DNA of 64,000 nt, taken from Pelagomonas calceolata (taxonomy: Eukaryota). The notes below the pieces were generated by a model that was not told the origin of the DNA, ran no database searches, and saw nothing but the letters and a program-made list of their open reading frames with translations. Positions within the stretch are counted from its first letter, which is position 1, and each line of letters starts with the position of its first letter. Location: NCBI GenBank assembly GCA_918797485.1, contig CAKKNE010000002.1:5146001-5210000 (forward strand). Direction: 5' to 3'. Both the position numbers and the translations under genes were made by a program. Positions 54,359 to 64,000 of this stretch are shown here, piece after piece.

Positions 54359-54865
54359 ATGGCCGGCGTCAAAGCAGTAATACGACTGCGCTGCCCGGCG
54401 GGCGTGGCCAAGCCGGGCCCGGCCATCGGCCAGGCGCTCGGCCCGCACGGCTTAAATATGATGGACTTCGTGAAGGAGTTCAATGCCGCGACGCAAAAAA
54501 TGGAGCCGAACTCGCCCATCCCCGTCGTGCTGACCGCTTACGCGAACCGCACGTTTTCTTTTGTGACGAAGACGCCGCCGACCTCGTACCTCGTGCGGAA
54601 AGCGTTAGGTATCGACAAGGGCGCCCAGAACCCGGGCGACGAGGTGGTAGGCACGCTGAACATGGAGCAAGTATCGGCCATCGCCGAGGTGAAGAAAGGC
54701 GACGCGCATTTAGCGAACATTCCGTTCGACGCTTTGTGTGATTCTGTGATCGGTACGGCTCGAAGCATGGGCGTGCTGCTGGCCGACGACGTCGACGACG
54801 CGTCGTCGTCGTCGTCTTCCTCTTCTTCGTCGGACGAGGACGAGGACGGCGAGCCGGGGAGGTGA
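54359..54865 (+). CDS. Organellar (probably mitochondrial) ribosomal protein uL11
   Basis: AGVAKPGPAIGQALG, F.KEFNAAT, IPV, FSFVTKTPP, GTARSMG. Confidence 0.93.
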   Translation: MAGVKAVIRLRCPAGVAKPGPAIGQALGPHGLNMMDFVKEFNAATQKMEPNSPIPVVLTAYANRTFSFVTKTPPTSYLVRKALGIDKGAQNPGDEVVGTLNMEQVSAIAEVKKGDAHLANIPFDALCDSVIGTARSMGVLLADDVDDASSSSSSSSSSDEDEDGEPGR

Positions 54866-55065
54866 TATTAAGACTTAAAAGCAATGTGCGCACATCACGT
54901 GTGTAATTTATGATATGGCTGCTGTCAGCTTGGTGACATTTGGTGTCGGTTTGTCTCCCTTTCCCCGGCTCCGGGTGGAGGCTGCCCGCAAGGTCGGGGG
55001 CAGTGCTCGGCTTGCATGCTGGGCAGCATGCAGATCGCGCGGTCGCGACGCCGCCTTGGCGCGTC

Positions 55066-58000
55066 ATGCCTCCCACCTCCCTCGCCCGCGCCTTCGCCGC
55101 TATTATGGACGCGCACGCGGAGCAGCGCTGCCTCGGCTGGCGCGCCCTTCCAGGTGCCGAGTACTCGTGGGCGTCATACGCTGACGTCAAACAGCAGAGC
55201 GTCACCTTCGCGGCGTGGCTGCGCCAGAAGCTGCGGAGCGATGCGCATGTTGGGATCATGGGCCACAACTGCTACGAATGGTTCGTTGCCGATCTCGCGT
55301 GCCTCTGGGCGGGGCTCTGCTCAGTGCCCCTGAGCGACGGGTGGGAGCCGGGCGTGCTGGAGGCCGTGCTGGCGCAGACGCAGCTCGCCGCGGTCGTCTG
55401 CACGCCGGCCTGCTACGCAAGAGTCGCGAGTGCGGCCGTCAGCGAAGGCAGTCGCGTGACGCACATCATCGTCACCGAGGTGGCCGATGAGATGTACGCG
55501 CGGGTGGGCACCGTCGCGTGCGTCGGCTTGCCAGACGTGCTCGCCACCGCTTCTGCGGCAGACCCGACGCAGTGCTGGTACGTCGAGCGAGACGCGGGCA
55601 TGGCGCACACGATCCTGCACACCTCCGGCACCACCGGCCTGCCCAAGGGCGTCGTGTACACAGATGGTCTGTGGCTGGCCAACATGCAGAGCTACGAAGG
55701 CGCGCAGGTGGGCTTCTCGTACATGCCGCTGGCCTTCATCACCGACCGGCACACGGTGTACACCGCGCTGTGGAACGGCGGCTGCGTGGGCATCGCGACG
55801 GCGCGGCAGGGCGGCGACACCGCGCAGATCTTCCGCGACTTGCTCGCCGTGCGGCCCACCGTGCTCAAGGGCGTGCCCGCCTTCTGGGAGCACGTGGCCG
55901 AGGCGAGCCGCATGGTGCAAGACCGGCAGCTTGCCATCCTGGGCGGGCGGGCGCGCGTGCTGTGCTGCGGCGCGGGCGCAATCTCGGAGGAGGTCGCGCG
56001 GTACTTCCGGGCGTGCCGGCTCGGCTCGGGCGAGCCCGTGCAGTTCTTGGAGCTGTACGGTTGCACCGAGTGTGGCAACCTCGCCCTTAATCGCCAACTG
56101 CTGCCGCACGTCAAGTGGCGACTGCTGCCGCTCGAAGGCGACGGTGCGGAGACGGCTCGCGTGGGTGAGTTTGTCGTGAAAACCGGCAAGATGATGTTTG
56201 CCGGCTACCATGGGCGGCCGGCGCTGACCGCCGCGGCGTTCACGGCCGATGGCTTCTACCGGACGGGCGACGTGGTACGCGTGCGCACGGCGGCCGACGG
56301 CGCGACGCTAGTCGACGTGCTCGGGCGGGCGAAGAGCGGCCTCAAGCTGGCCAACGGCAAGTGGGTGCACCCCGAGACGCTCGAGGACCTCTACCGCGGC
56401 GCGGCGGGCGTGCGGCGGCTGTACGTGCACGGCGACGCGGCGCACGCGCACCTGGTCGCTGTGGTGGAGGCCGAGGGCGCGCCGAGCGAGGAGCGGCTGC
56501 TCGCCGAGTTTGGCCGCCTCGCGACGGCCGCCGGCCGGCCGCGGCACGAGCGGATCAGCGGCGTGGTGCTGTCGCAGGAGCGCTTCTCGCAAGCTGCCGG
56601 CACGCTCAATGGCACGGGCAAGCTGGTGCGGCGCGCTTTGTACGCGGCGCACGAGGCGGCCATTGAGGAGCGGCTGACGGCGCAGCGGCTGCGCGCACCG
56701 CTCGAGCACCTTGAGGCGGGGCGGAGCTTCGCTGAGCAGGGCGGCACCTCGCTCGACGCGGCGCGCATCGCGCGGCTGTACGCCGAGCTGGGCGTGCCGC
56801 TGCAGCGCGTCGTCGCCATCCTGCTGCAGGCCTCGACCGTCGGCGCTGCCGAGGGGCAACTGCGCGCCGAGCGGCAGTGCACCGAGGCCGACCCGCTCGC
56901 CGACTGCGCGCTCGCCGAGCTGACGCCGCCTGCCGGCAGCACGGGGACGCCAGCCGCGCGGCTGCTCCGCGCGCTGGTGGGCGCGCAAGGCCACAGGGTC
57001 CTGCTGACGGGCGCGACGGGCTTCGTGGGACGCGCCGTGCTCGCGGAGCTGCTCGAGCGCGAGGTGCCGGTCACATGCCTTGTGCGCGCGAGCAGCGAGG
57101 CCGAGGCGGCGGCGCGGCTGCAGCACGCTCTGCTCCTCGCGCGCCGCTGGCGGCCCGAGTGGCACGGGTTGCTGCTCGTGGCGCGCGGCGCCCTCGGCCC
57201 CGAGGACCTGGGGATGGGCGGCGTGGCGTGGGGCACGCTGGCGCGCAGCACCGCGGCCATCATCCACTGCGCCGCCGCCGTCGACCTCAAGAAGGGGTAC
57301 GCGCACCACCGCCGCGCCAACGTGCTGGGCACGCGTGAGGTGCTGCGCCTCGCCGCGGCGGCGCGCGCGCCGCTCGTCTTCGTCTCGACCACCGACGTGC
57401 TGCCACACACTACCGCCGCGGCGCCGGAGGTCGCCTGCACTCCCGCTGACGTGTCGGCAGCTGACTCGGGCTACGCAGCCTCCAAGGCGGTCGGCGAGTG
57501 CTTGGTGGCCGCGGCGGCGCGGCGGGGCGACGTGACGGCGCTGATCGCGCGCCTCGGCATGGTGGCGGCGTGCGCGCGCACGGGCAGCGGCAACGAGACC
57601 GACTTTGTCTCTCGGCTGCTCGTCGGCGTCGCCGCGGCGCGCGCCTTTCCGCAGACAGAGGCGCGCCACACGATGGTGCAGAGCGTGCCGGTCGACGTGA
57701 CGGCAGCGGCGCTGTGCGACCTGTACGAGACGCTCCGCGGCGGCGGCGGCGCGAGCGGCGCGGTGGTGCACGTGGTGAGCGGCGCGCCGCCGCAGCCGAT
57801 GGCGGCGCTGCGCGAGGTGCTGCTCGCCTTTGGCCCGCCGTTTGACGCCTTGCCGCTCGTGCCGTATGCCGAGTGGATGCGCCGCGTGCGGCTCGAGGCG
57901 CAGCTCTCCCTGTGGCCAGTGATGGCGTGGGCGGAGAAGCTGGAGGAGTTCCCTACCTTCAATCGGCGCGGCGCCCGCCTCGGCGCGTGCTGCGAGCACG

Positions 58001-58260
58001 TCCGCCCCGCCACCGCGGCGGCGCTGCGCCGCGGCGTCGACGACGAGGCGCTGCACAGGGCGCTGCGCGTGCTCTTTGCGACGAGCGCGACGCTCCGCTG
58101 GGATGCGCTGCGAGCCCACCACCGCCGGCTGTCCGGCGTGTCGGGCGCGTCCGCGGTGTTGTCCGCCGTGCGGTTGGCGCGGCGACGCGCTGCGATGCGC
58201 AATTCACTTATTCTCGTCGTGGCAATGCTCGCGGCGGTGTACGTTCGCCGGAGGTTGTAA
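55066..58260 (+). CDS. Carboxylic-acid-reductase-like NRPS-like enzyme (A-T-R) with C-terminal hydrophobic tail; start approximate
   Basis: HTSGTTGLPKG, YGCTE, FYRTGD, LKLANGKWV; T domain GGTSLDA; R domain VLLTGATGFVG, NVLGT, GYAASK. Confidence 0.9.
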   Translation: MPPTSLARAFAAIMDAHAEQRCLGWRALPGAEYSWASYADVKQQSVTFAAWLRQKLRSDAHVGIMGHNCYEWFVADLACLWAGLCSVPLSDGWEPGVLEAVLAQTQLAAVVCTPACYARVASAAVSEGSRVTHIIVTEVADEMYARVGTVACVGLPDVLATASAADPTQCWYVERDAGMAHTILHTSGTTGLPKGVVYTDGLWLANMQSYEGAQVGFSYMPLAFITDRHTVYTALWNGGCVGIATARQGGDTAQIFRDLLAVRPTVLKGVPAFWEHVAEASRMVQDRQLAILGGRARVLCCGAGAISEEVARYFRACRLGSGEPVQFLELYGCTECGNLALNRQLLPHVKWRLLPLEGDGAETARVGEFVVKTGKMMFAGYHGRPALTAAAFTADGFYRTGDVVRVRTAADGATLVDVLGRAKSGLKLANGKWVHPETLEDLYRGAAGVRRLYVHGDAAHAHLVAVVEAEGAPSEERLLAEFGRLATAAGRPRHERISGVVLSQERFSQAAGTLNGTGKLVRRALYAAHEAAIEERLTAQRLRAPLEHLEAGRSFAEQGGTSLDAARIARLYAELGVPLQRVVAILLQASTVGAAEGQLRAERQCTEADPLADCALAELTPPAGSTGTPAARLLRALVGAQGHRVLLTGATGFVGRAVLAELLEREVPVTCLVRASSEAEAAARLQHALLLARRWRPEWHGLLLVARGALGPEDLGMGGVAWGTLARSTAAIIHCAAAVDLKKGYAHHRRANVLGTREVLRLAAAARAPLVFVSTTDVLPHTTAAAPEVACTPADVSAADSGYAASKAVGECLVAAAARRGDVTALIARLGMVAACARTGSGNETDFVSRLLVGVAAARAFPQTEARHTMVQSVPVDVTAAALCDLYETLRGGGGASGAVVHVVSGAPPQPMAALREVLLAFGPPFDALPLVPYAEWMRRVRLEAQLSLWPVMAWAEKLEEFPTFNRRGARLGACCEHVRPATAAALRRGVDDEALHRALRVLFATSATLRWDALRAHHRRLSGVSGASAVLSAVRLARRRAAMRNSLILVVAMLAAVYVRRRL

Positions 58261-58671
58261 AGGGTGTTTGTCTTGGCATGCTGTCATTACTAGTAGGCGT
58301 AACAGCTCGTACGCGGCCGGCGATGATTTGCCAGTGCTCGATGATAGAGGCAGTGAATGAGGGCAGTGCAGAGCCGTGGTGGCTAGGTGGCCTAGCTCAG
58401 ATCCCGGCTCTAAGCAAAGCAACCGCGGGCCCACACTGCGTCCGAGTCGATGACTCGACGGCGCCGTCGCGAACGCGGCCGGGACGCCAAGAGAACTTGA
58501 AGTCATATTTTTGAATTTTTCTTATGCAGGGGTCGGGCTCGAATATGTACAGAACAGCTCGAATGGAGGGGACAGGCGAGCAAACCAACCGACAAGGGGG
58601 CGCGCCAGGGGCCTCACATGTGTAAGGTACGGGCGGCGCGCGTATGTACAACGTCAATCAAAACCTGAAAT

Positions 58672-60147
58672 TCAGATCTCCTCGCCCTTGGCCGCCGGCG
58701 CCTCATCCCCCTCAGTCGAGTCGTCGTTGCCGAAGAGACTGCCAGCGCCCTTGATCTTGATGAAGACCGACAACAAAGCAGAGGCCATGATGATGATGCC
58801 CAAGTTGCGGTAGCCCGTCTTGCCCGAGTCGCCGAACATGAACATGAGGCCCCAGACCACGGCACCCACATTACCGCCCGCGCCGACGACGCCCGAGACG
58901 CTGCCCAGCGCCTTGGGCGCAACGTAGGGCACGATCGCGAACGTCGTGCCTTCCGCGGCCTGGACGCAGCACGAGAATAACACCAAAGTGATGATGGCGT
59001 GCGCGATCGAGTCCACGCGCGAGAAGATGACGAGGATCGCGCCCTCCGCGAGCAAGTACAGCGTGTGCACGATGATGCGGCCCTGCATGCCGAGTTTCGC
59101 GTTCGCGAGGTCCGAGAAGTAGCCGCCGAGGCCGCGCGCGAACAAATTCATCCAGCCGAACAACGACGCGATGAGGCCCGCCGTCGCGAGAGAAACCGGA
59201 TAGGTGTCCTTGAAGTACATGGCCATGCCGTTGTTGATGTGTAATTCAATACCGAAGCACGTCGCGTACTGCACGAAGAGGATCCACGAGTTTAAATTAG
59301 TGAAGCCGCCGCGCGTCGATTCCTTGACGGTGACCTTCTCGCGCTTGCCCGCGGCCAGGGCGTCGCTCAGCTTGCCCGAGGGGCACTCGTCCGAGAAGAA
59401 GAACATGCAGACCGAGACGAGCATCACGGCGACGGCGGGGATGTAGAAGGACCGGCGCCAGGCGTTCTCCTGCGACATGCCCTCGTCGCGGAAGCCCTCG
59501 TAGATGTAGCCCATGATCATGATGGCCATGCCGCCGCCGCAGTTGCCCCAGCCGCCGGTCATGGCGTTCGCCGCGCCTACCACATTTTTGGCGAACATTT
59601 CACTGGACCAGAGCTGCGTGATGACGAAGGTCGCGCCCCCAACACCGATGAGGAAGCGCATGAGGCACAACTCGGCGAGCGAGTTGACGAAGCCCGCGAA
59701 GAACGTGCAGATGCCGCAGAAGGCCAGCAAGGCCGTCTGGACCTTGACCGAGCCGTAGACGTCGCCCAGAGGGCCGACGACGAATCTAGCAACCACACAA
59801 GCGGCAACATTGAACACGTTCGACATCCAGATGCCCTTTTTGGCGATGTTGAGGTCCTGGCGGATCACAACTAACAACGGCGCGTAGGCGAACCAGACCA
59901 TGAAGGCCATAAAAAATGACAACCACTGGAAGTGGAACGCGCGCATGTGCGGCCGCGCAAAACTCAACTTGTTCCCGAAGATGGGCCAGAGCTGCAGTTC
60001 CGTACTCTTGAAGGACTGGAGGGGGTCGACGGCGCAGGCGCCGATGCGCGGCACGCCGTCCTCGCCGATGACGACGGGGTAGTTCGGGTTCTCATACCCA
60101 CCAGATTCGTCGCCCTTGCCCGTGTTCATCTCGCCGCCCTTGCCCAT
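58672..60147 (-). CDS. NRT2: High-affinity nitrate transporter (MFS, NNP family)
   Basis: FARPHMRAFH, GWGNCGGG, QYATCFGIEL, FARGLGG, GVVGAGGNVG. Confidence 0.96.
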   Translation of the reverse strand: MGKGGEMNTGKGDESGGYENPNYPVVIGEDGVPRIGACAVDPLQSFKSTELQLWPIFGNKLSFARPHMRAFHFQWLSFFMAFMVWFAYAPLLVVIRQDLNIAKKGIWMSNVFNVAACVVARFVVGPLGDVYGSVKVQTALLAFCGICTFFAGFVNSLAELCLMRFLIGVGGATFVITQLWSSEMFAKNVVGAANAMTGGWGNCGGGMAIMIMGYIYEGFRDEGMSQENAWRRSFYIPAVAVMLVSVCMFFFSDECPSGKLSDALAAGKREKVTVKESTRGGFTNLNSWILFVQYATCFGIELHINNGMAMYFKDTYPVSLATAGLIASLFGWMNLFARGLGGYFSDLANAKLGMQGRIIVHTLYLLAEGAILVIFSRVDSIAHAIITLVLFSCCVQAAEGTTFAIVPYVAPKALGSVSGVVGAGGNVGAVVWGLMFMFGDSGKTGYRNLGIIIMASALLSVFIKIKGAGSLFGNDDSTEGDEAPAAKGEEI

Positions 60148-61046
60148 GGTTGCGTTGGGGTTGCCTGCGGTCGCGTCGACGTCATCGCGGCGCGCGTGTT
60201 GTGGGCTGCCATGGTGCAGTGTGTGTTGTCGTGGCGCGTGTGGGTGTCCCGGTCGCGTGTGGGTGCGCGGGCGCCGTTACGACCGCGCCGCGCGCGCGTT
60301 GCGAACACTGCCGCCCTTCCAGGCAACTGTTCAGGCGCCGCGCGCGCGCGCGGGCAGCCGCAAACGCTCGATTTCGATTGCTGGACGCGGCGGGCGCACT
60401 TTGCAGTGGTACGGGTGTGCGTGAAACTCGATTGCGATGCGTTGGGGCAGCGCAATGTCAAGTTCGTCGTCTTAGCGTTTACACTTCGACAGAGCAACAG
60501 GAGGGGATGACGCCCCTGTCATACTTACACTCAACCTGGCGATGGCGCGGGGGAGGCCCCTTGCGTGGCTCCCAGGGGTGTGTGGTGTGTGTAGGGACCT
60601 CTGGGAGGGGTTCTAGGTGTGCTTTCGTGGTAGGCTGCCGAAAAAGGCTGCACCGCTGGGCTGGCTGGGCGAACGACTCGTCTCCGAGGCCGCTCGCCTC
60701 CCGAGAGATGCCTGCGCGCGTCGGACCCGCGCGCAGTTGATCACAGGCTAGGCTCAGGGGGGGCTGGGAGATGGGCTGAGGGAATGGCTGCTCTCTGCGC
60801 ATGGCATCGCGCATCGTGCGTTGTCTGCGTAGCTGTAAGTCCGACGCAGCTGCCTACAGCTTCCGCGCTGGCGAATCGGTGAACGCTGCAGCCGTGAGCC
60901 TGAAACCGCTGCAGCATAGCCTGCTGGCATCTCTGTGTGCTACCACTGCCTACCAGCGGTGCACCGCTGGCGCAGCAGCTGGCGCAACGAATTCTGCAGC
61001 CAGCCGCGTTGCACAGCTCGCGCAGCAATCAGCTGACTGAGCATCA

Positions 61047-62408
61047 ATGGCACAGCGCGTCCGCTTCGCCGCCGCGGCGTCGGGCGCCGCCGCACTCGCA
61101 TATGTCCTCTACCGCGAGATTAGACACCTCGCAACGCGGCCACAAAAGCTCGAGGCGCTGGGCCGCGTCGGCGGGCGCTGGCAGCGAGCGGACCTGGACC
61201 GAATGGTGCGCTGTGACCCGAAGCGGCTGCGGCGCATGCTGCGCGCTCTATTGCTGGGCGAAGCGCCCGAGCGCATCTCGGACGAGCGGCTGCGCCGGGC
61301 ATTTCGCTACGCGGAGCGGCCCGACAACATTGATGCGACGACGGCGTCGGTCGAAAGCTACGTCGCGCTGGCCAAGAGCTGCTCGCGGGCGCTCGACGAG
61401 CCGGGCGATAGCGGAAGTGGTCGCGGCGAGCCGGAGCTCGGGCCGGACCCGCCCTTCAGCCTGCCGCTGCCGCGCGTCGTGGCGTGGGCGCTCCGGCTGT
61501 TGGCACCCGGCGTCGCGCGCGCGTCCGACGCGTGGCTCGCCGCGCGCCGGCTGCGCCGCGTCGTCCGCGGCGGCGTCGTATGGCTTGAAAGAGGCGGCGA
61601 GGGCACACCGTGGCTCGTGCTCCACGGCGTCGCCGGGTTGTTCTGTAGCCAGTACGACGCCTTGGCGCGGGCGCTCGGCAAGACCAGGCCCGTGCGCGTG
61701 CCGCTGCATCCGAACCTCGGCGACGCCACTGATTTCGAGTCGGACAGCAACCGCTCGATCGCCGGCTTCGCGTCATCGATCGCCGCCGCGCTCGACGGGC
61801 CCGCCGACGTCCTCGCGGTGAGCATCGGGACGTCGGTGGCAGCGGCGTTGATGCGGCACGGTCAAGTTCGGAGAGCGATTTATGTGGATCCCGTCGCGTT
61901 TGCCCCGTGCGGCGCCGACGCGTGGCGGCTGTTCTTCGAGCGGCCGCTCGCCGTCGCGAGAATTCTCCGGCGGCGGCGCTTGCGCCTGGCCGGCCAGAGG
62001 AAGCCGTACTCTTTCGAGCACGAAGCTCGCGCTTTTCTATTTGTGCCACCGGCGGCGATTGTGGATGTGCTGTACGCGCTCATGTGCTGCTCTGACGTGG
62101 TTAGAGTCGTCTGCCGTGTACATAGTTATGGCAGGTGCACGGAAGCGTGTTTGCCGCCGCTCGTCGACGAGCGGCCGCCGACGCTCGTCCTCGTCGACGA
62201 GGACGACGCTCTAACTTGCGCGGCAGAGCACGTCGACCACGTCGAGGCCTTCCCGCGCACGACGGTCGTCCGCGCGCGCGGCTTCCACGGCACCTGGCTC
62301 CTCAACCCGCGGCTCGTCGAGGCCGTCGAGTCGTGGGCGGCTCAAGTCGACGCCGACGAGGCCGCCGTCGACGCCATCCTCGCGCCCGCACGCTTCGGCG
62401 CGCGATGA
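61047..62408 (+). CDS. Alpha/beta-hydrolase-fold protein with N-terminal anchor
   Basis: LVLHGVAG, nucleophile elbow AVSIG, YVDPVAF, late His (GFHG). Confidence 0.75.
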   Translation: MAQRVRFAAAASGAAALAYVLYREIRHLATRPQKLEALGRVGGRWQRADLDRMVRCDPKRLRRMLRALLLGEAPERISDERLRRAFRYAERPDNIDATTASVESYVALAKSCSRALDEPGDSGSGRGEPELGPDPPFSLPLPRVVAWALRLLAPGVARASDAWLAARRLRRVVRGGVVWLERGGEGTPWLVLHGVAGLFCSQYDALARALGKTRPVRVPLHPNLGDATDFESDSNRSIAGFASSIAAALDGPADVLAVSIGTSVAAALMRHGQVRRAIYVDPVAFAPCGADAWRLFFERPLAVARILRRRRLRLAGQRKPYSFEHEARAFLFVPPAAIVDVLYALMCCSDVVRVVCRVHSYGRCTEACLPPLVDERPPTLVLVDEDDALTCAAEHVDHVEAFPRTTVVRARGFHGTWLLNPRLVEAVESWAAQVDADEAAVDAILAPARFGAR

Positions 62409-63305
62409 ACATTGTGTGTATAAGCTACTATGTAATCTTTCAATAACGAGCCCGCGTTGCTCGTCGGTCAGCTGCTCGAGGAACAGCGACGTGCTGGTAT
62501 CCGCGACATCTGGGCACTGCTGGTGCTCCGCGCGCAGCGCGCCGCCCGACGGGCAGGCGGAGAAGCACGGCGTCGCCAGCGCGTCGATCTCGTCGTCCAC
62601 CGACGGCGCGAGGCCGAACTTGAAACTACAGGAAAGCGTCTCGTAGTCCGGCTCGATGCGCATGGGCACGCCCATGTCGCCATTAAACAAATCTTGGGTC
62701 GGGAACTTGCACGCGTTCACGCAGACCGACGCGCAGCCCGACTGCTCGAGGAAGCGGCACCGTTTGACGTAGACTAATTGATTCGCGCCATCACCCACCT
62801 CCGGCGTTTCCTCGAGATCCCTTAATTCAAGAGGGCCCATCAGCCAGCCGCCGGCGGCCCACGTCACCTTCGCGTTGAGCTTTGCGGAGAATTCGGGGAA
62901 TGGCTTCGCAAATAACTGAGTGAACCACCACAGCAGGCCGGGCTGCTCGACACTTGGCAACGTCGGAGGCCAGTCCGGGAACAGGCCCCGCAGCACGCCT
63001 CTAGCTCGCACGCGCGTCGCGGCGGCGCTTCTAGGTTCCACTGCGACCAATTTCTGGGCGAGGTTGATGATGCCCTCGAAGCCCGGCGTGTTGTCGTCGC
63101 CGCCCGCTTCCCTCGCGAGGGACCTGCGGAAGGCGCTCTCGCATGCGAGGTCGACCAGCCTCCCTAGCGGGCCCGCGTCCGATGCGTACCACTTCGCTTG
63201 TGGATCGGCGTCGGGCGGCGGCCACTTTGGCGATGGGGACCGTAGCGTGGGCGGTTTGCGCAGTGTTTGCACCGCCGCCGCCGTCGTGAGCAGTGCGATG
63301 ATCAT
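62211..63305 (-). CDS. Beta-carotene isomerase D27-like (DUF4033), plastid-targeted; true 3' end uncertain
   Basis: WLMGP, RCRFLEQSGCASVCVNACKFPTQ, P.YETLSCSFKFG; signal-peptide leader. Confidence 0.85.
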   Translation of the reverse strand: MIIALLTTAAAVQTLRKPPTLRSPSPKWPPPDADPQAKWYASDAGPLGRLVDLACESAFRRSLAREAGGDDNTPGFEGIINLAQKLVAVEPRSAAATRVRARGVLRGLFPDWPPTLPSVEQPGLLWWFTQLFAKPFPEFSAKLNAKVTWAAGGWLMGPLELRDLEETPEVGDGANQLVYVKRCRFLEQSGCASVCVNACKFPTQDLFNGDMGVPMRIEPDYETLSCSFKFGLAPSVDDEIDALATPCFSACPSGGALRAEHQQCPDVADTSTSLFLEQLTDEQRGLVIERLHSSLYTQCSSRAEACGREDGVDGGLVGVDLSRPRLDGLDEPRVEEPGAVEAARADDRRAREGLDVVDVLCRAS

Positions 63306-63511
63306 CGTTTCTTAGTTTTGATGGCGCCCTTCTTGAACATCCTTTTCATGCGCGCTTGCTGCGCGAGGTCGCGGGCCGGGCTGAATTTAGCTTTTACCCA
63401 CTCCAGTAGTACTAATGTGAGGCCGATGAAGATGATGCTGCTGATGCGGTGTTCCCGGGCGAACTCTAAGACCTCATCGGCGTCGAACGTAAACGCATCT
63501 ATCTTCGGCAT
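63302..63511 (-). CDS. 69-aa single-TM small protein whose stop overlaps the D27-like start (ATGA)
   Basis: Acidic N-terminus, hydrophobic IIFIGLTLVLL, basic tail. Confidence 0.55.
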   Translation of the reverse strand: MPKIDAFTFDADEVLEFAREHRISSIIFIGLTLVLLEWVKAKFSPARDLAQQARMKRMFKKGAIKTKKR

Positions 63512-63790
63512 CTGCTAATGGCCTCGATCTCGAGCTACTCCTCCGCGACTTTGCGCGCCTCGCGTCGCCGCGCAGCAGAGCTCTGGCTGCAGCGCCTAGC
63601 TTTGGTTGGCTGGGCCCTTCCTGTCGACTCGCAGGCTTGCCAAGTCTAGGTTGCGTGAACCCCGCTCTCGAAAGGCCAGAGTTTTGGCAACTCTGTATCG
63701 GGGGAGGGCTCGTAATAGCTACCAAGCAAGCTTGGCTCGGGCAAGTTATCTAGCGTGTCACACACTAGCAGACTTTTTTATGTGTTTGAC

Positions 63791-64000
63791 TTATGGCTCC
63801 GGCTGCTCCGGCGCCGCGTCGTCGGCCGCCGCCTCGGGCTCCGACGGCTCCTCAGGCGCCGGTTCGACAGGCTCCTCGGGGGACGCCTCCTCCGGCGCCG
63901 GGGCCGGCTCCTCGGGCGCCGGCGCAGGCGGCTCGGCGGCCGCGGGAGCGGGCGCGGCCGCAGGCGCGTCGGCCGCGACCGGAGCGGGCGCGTCGGCCGG
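63791..64000 (-). CDS. 3' end of a Pro/Ala/Glu-rich protein entering from the right edge
   Basis: ...AAEPPAPAPEEPAPAPEE...PEQPEP then TAA at 63793-63791. Confidence 0.6.
   Translation of the reverse strand, partial: PADAPAPVAADAPAAAPAPAAAEPPAPAPEEPAPAPEEASPEEPVEPAPEEPSEPEAAADDAAPEQPEP

Noticed and set aside
55321..58202. Long minus-strand ORFs (296, 604, 349 aa)
   Set aside because: Antisense frames of the CAR-like gene

Overview
Gene-dense, GC-rich eukaryotic nuclear DNA, most consistent with a pelagophyte alga such as Pelagomonas or Aureococcus. This is inferred from the compact genes, TIR/TSD introner-type introns and the MYND-RING-TPR family. About 30 protein genes can be built by hand, several only after splicing. 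They include an SZT2-like giant ORF running off the left edge, a CDPK7-like EF/PH kinase, bL35, a Kv channel, PDX2, uS17, a FYVE-lipase, calreticulin, CENP-X, serine acetyltransferase, CAP-H2, an SLC35A transporter, NAA15, uL11, a CAR-like A-T-R enzyme, NRT2 and a D27-like protein. The standout locus is 51.7-53.8 kb. There, a cold-shock/CCCH/RS-rich gene carries ten sense-strand tRNA genes in its three introns, tightly packed, with no downstream oligo-T terminators and a bias towards anticodons reading A-ending and AGG codons. Two of these tRNAs have archaeal-style bulge-helix-bulge introns at non-canonical positions (D-loop and T-arm). An orphan tRNA 3' half there has a leader complementary to the anticodon loop of the downstream tRNA-Trp, making it a split or permuted tRNA candidate. 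Also notable are an NLR-like NACHT-WD40 protein with a RelA/SpoT-type domain inserted in its NOD module, a single-chain 8TM/4-pore channel with non-K+ filter motifs, and eight introner elements. All calls come from manual reading; no searches were run.
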